Below are positions 63,061-64,000 of a DNA stretch of 64,000 nt, in pieces. The stretch is taken from the NCBI GenBank assembly GCA_947303625.1, contig CAMYYV010000001.1:10507-74506 (forward strand), written 5' to 3'. The translations under genes were made by a program, and so were the position numbers. The stretch is from an uncultured Bacteroidales bacterium (GTDB taxonomy: Bacteria > Bacteroidota > Bacteroidia > Bacteroidales > F082). The notes under the pieces are model-generated. The model was not told the DNA's origin. It searched no databases and saw nothing but the letters and a program-made list of their open reading frames with translations. The number at the start of each line of letters is the position of its first letter. Position 1 is the stretch's first letter.

Positions 63061-64000
63061 ATGAAAATAACAAAAAACAAACAGCAAAACTTTATGGGGA
63101 TTACATCGATTGTAACGACAGCTTTGTTTGCAATGGTTTTCCTCGGATGTGATGCTTCCAAAGGCTATACTGATGAAAAAAAGGAATCCGTAAATCCTCC
63201 TGTATCTGAAACCACAATGCTTGTCGATGAGGAATTGAATGTCATCAAGGAAGCGCCAAGTGCTGATACACTCCTGAAGTCAAACAAAGATCTTACTTTC
63301 ACTGTGAAGGGTGTTTCCTTTACCATGAAACCCGTTGAGGGCGGCTCCTTTTGGATGGGCGGTCAATTTGACGATCCGGATGGTTTGAACTATTCAATGG
63401 GAAATTTGGTGTTTGAAGGGTGTGAGCCCGTACACAGAGTGGTCGTGAGCTCGTTCTATATTGGAGAGACAGAAGTGACGCAAGCTTTGTGGAAAGCAGT
63501 GATGGGTAAGACTGTCCGTCAGCAAAGGGATGATACAGATGTTTCTTATTATTTGAGAGGAGAAGGCAAGGATTATCCTATGTATTATGTGAGTTGGGAA
63601 GATTGCCAAGAGTTCGTTGGTAAGCTTAACCGACTGACGGGGAAAGAGTTCCGTTTGCCAACGGAGGCCGAGTGGGAGTATGCTGCTCGTGGCGGAAAAT
63701 ACACTCATGGATATCCGTTTGCCGGCAATGAAGAAATCGACAGCGTGGCTTGCTATAGCGAAGAACACATGTATGGCATTGAAGCTGAAGAGGAAGTTGA
63801 GATGAAAGAATCGGAGAGACCAGGGACATGCCCGATTAAGACTTTGATGCCGAATGAACTGGGACTATACGATATGAGTGGTAATGTTGGTGAATGGTGT
63901 AGCGACTGGTATGACGGCGTTTACTATAGCAATTCTCCTTTAAACAATCCACAAGGCCCCGACACGGGGAGGTTCCGTGTTGTTCGTGGTGGTGGATGGT
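63061..64000 (+). CDS. Formylglycine-generating-enzyme (SUMF1/FGE-sulfatase, C-type-lectin fold) family lipoprotein (partial; 3' end beyond the window)
   Basis: Open from ATG 63061 to the window end, so it is absent from the ORF track. My translation gives a lipobox (FAMVFLGC), then FYIGETEVTQALWKAVMG, YPMYYVSWEDCQEFVGKLN, FRLPTEAEWEYAARGG, YDMSGNVGEWCSDWY and RVVRGGGW. Confidence 0.85.
   Translation, partial: MKITKNKQQNFMGITSIVTTALFAMVFLGCDASKGYTDEKKESVNPPVSETTMLVDEELNVIKEAPSADTLLKSNKDLTFTVKGVSFTMKPVEGGSFWMGGQFDDPDGLNYSMGNLVFEGCEPVHRVVVSSFYIGETEVTQALWKAVMGKTVRQQRDDTDVSYYLRGEGKDYPMYYVSWEDCQEFVGKLNRLTGKEFRLPTEAEWEYAARGGKYTHGYPFAGNEEIDSVACYSEEHMYGIEAEEEVEMKESERPGTCPIKTLMPNELGLYDMSGNVGEWCSDWYDGVYYSNSPLNNPQGPDTGRFRVVRGGGW

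Overview
This 64-kb window looks like a chromosomal segment from a Bacteroidota (Bacteroidales or Prevotella-like) genome. The signs are TAnnTTTG -7 promoter boxes ahead of many genes, a protease with a T9SS C-terminal sorting domain, many lipoprotein signal peptides, and GC-rich intergenic hairpin repeats. I saw no rRNA, CRISPR array, integrase or transposase. From 1 to 21.1 kb the content is mostly housekeeping: a C69 dipeptidase (partial), RarA, a secreted M6 metalloprotease, tRNA-Glu and tRNA-Arg, PepE, a Ca-type P-type ATPase, carbamate kinase, a PPTase, an acyl-CoA ligase and a secreted NucA-like nuclease. From 21.1 to 43.7 kb lies a dense, co-directional phospho-signalling and defence-like island. 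It starts with a TerY-P triad (kinase, vWA/TerY, PP2C) extended by an AT-rich orphan gene, a stand-alone TerY-C zinc protein and a TPR membrane protein. Next comes a 2502-aa LamG-DUF4011-SF1 helicase-REase-DUF3320 protein (Hhe-like). It is followed by two FhaA-like FHA proteins, a second PP2C, a single polypeptide fusing a SEDS (RodA/FtsW) polymerase to a class-B PBP, and an atypical Hanks kinase. That last block has the same gene order as the actinobacterial fhaA-fhaB-pstP-rodA-pbpA-pknAB cluster, and I consider it the most interesting candidate system. From 43.7 to 56.4 kb there is a visibly AT-richer block of secreted and lipoprotein genes. It contains five tandem CarboxypepD_reg-DUF1566 paralogues with hypervariable C-terminal loops. 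It also holds a FISUMP-like gene and a gene remnant that share a duplicated 3' end plus a GC-rich structured element, a T9G8 homopolymer tract, and palindromic repeats. From 56.4 to 64 kb the content returns to housekeeping: a lipoprotein, FKBP, a CPA2 antiporter, topoisomerase III and an FGE-sulfatase family protein (partial). All domain calls come from reading motifs by eye, and no searches were run.
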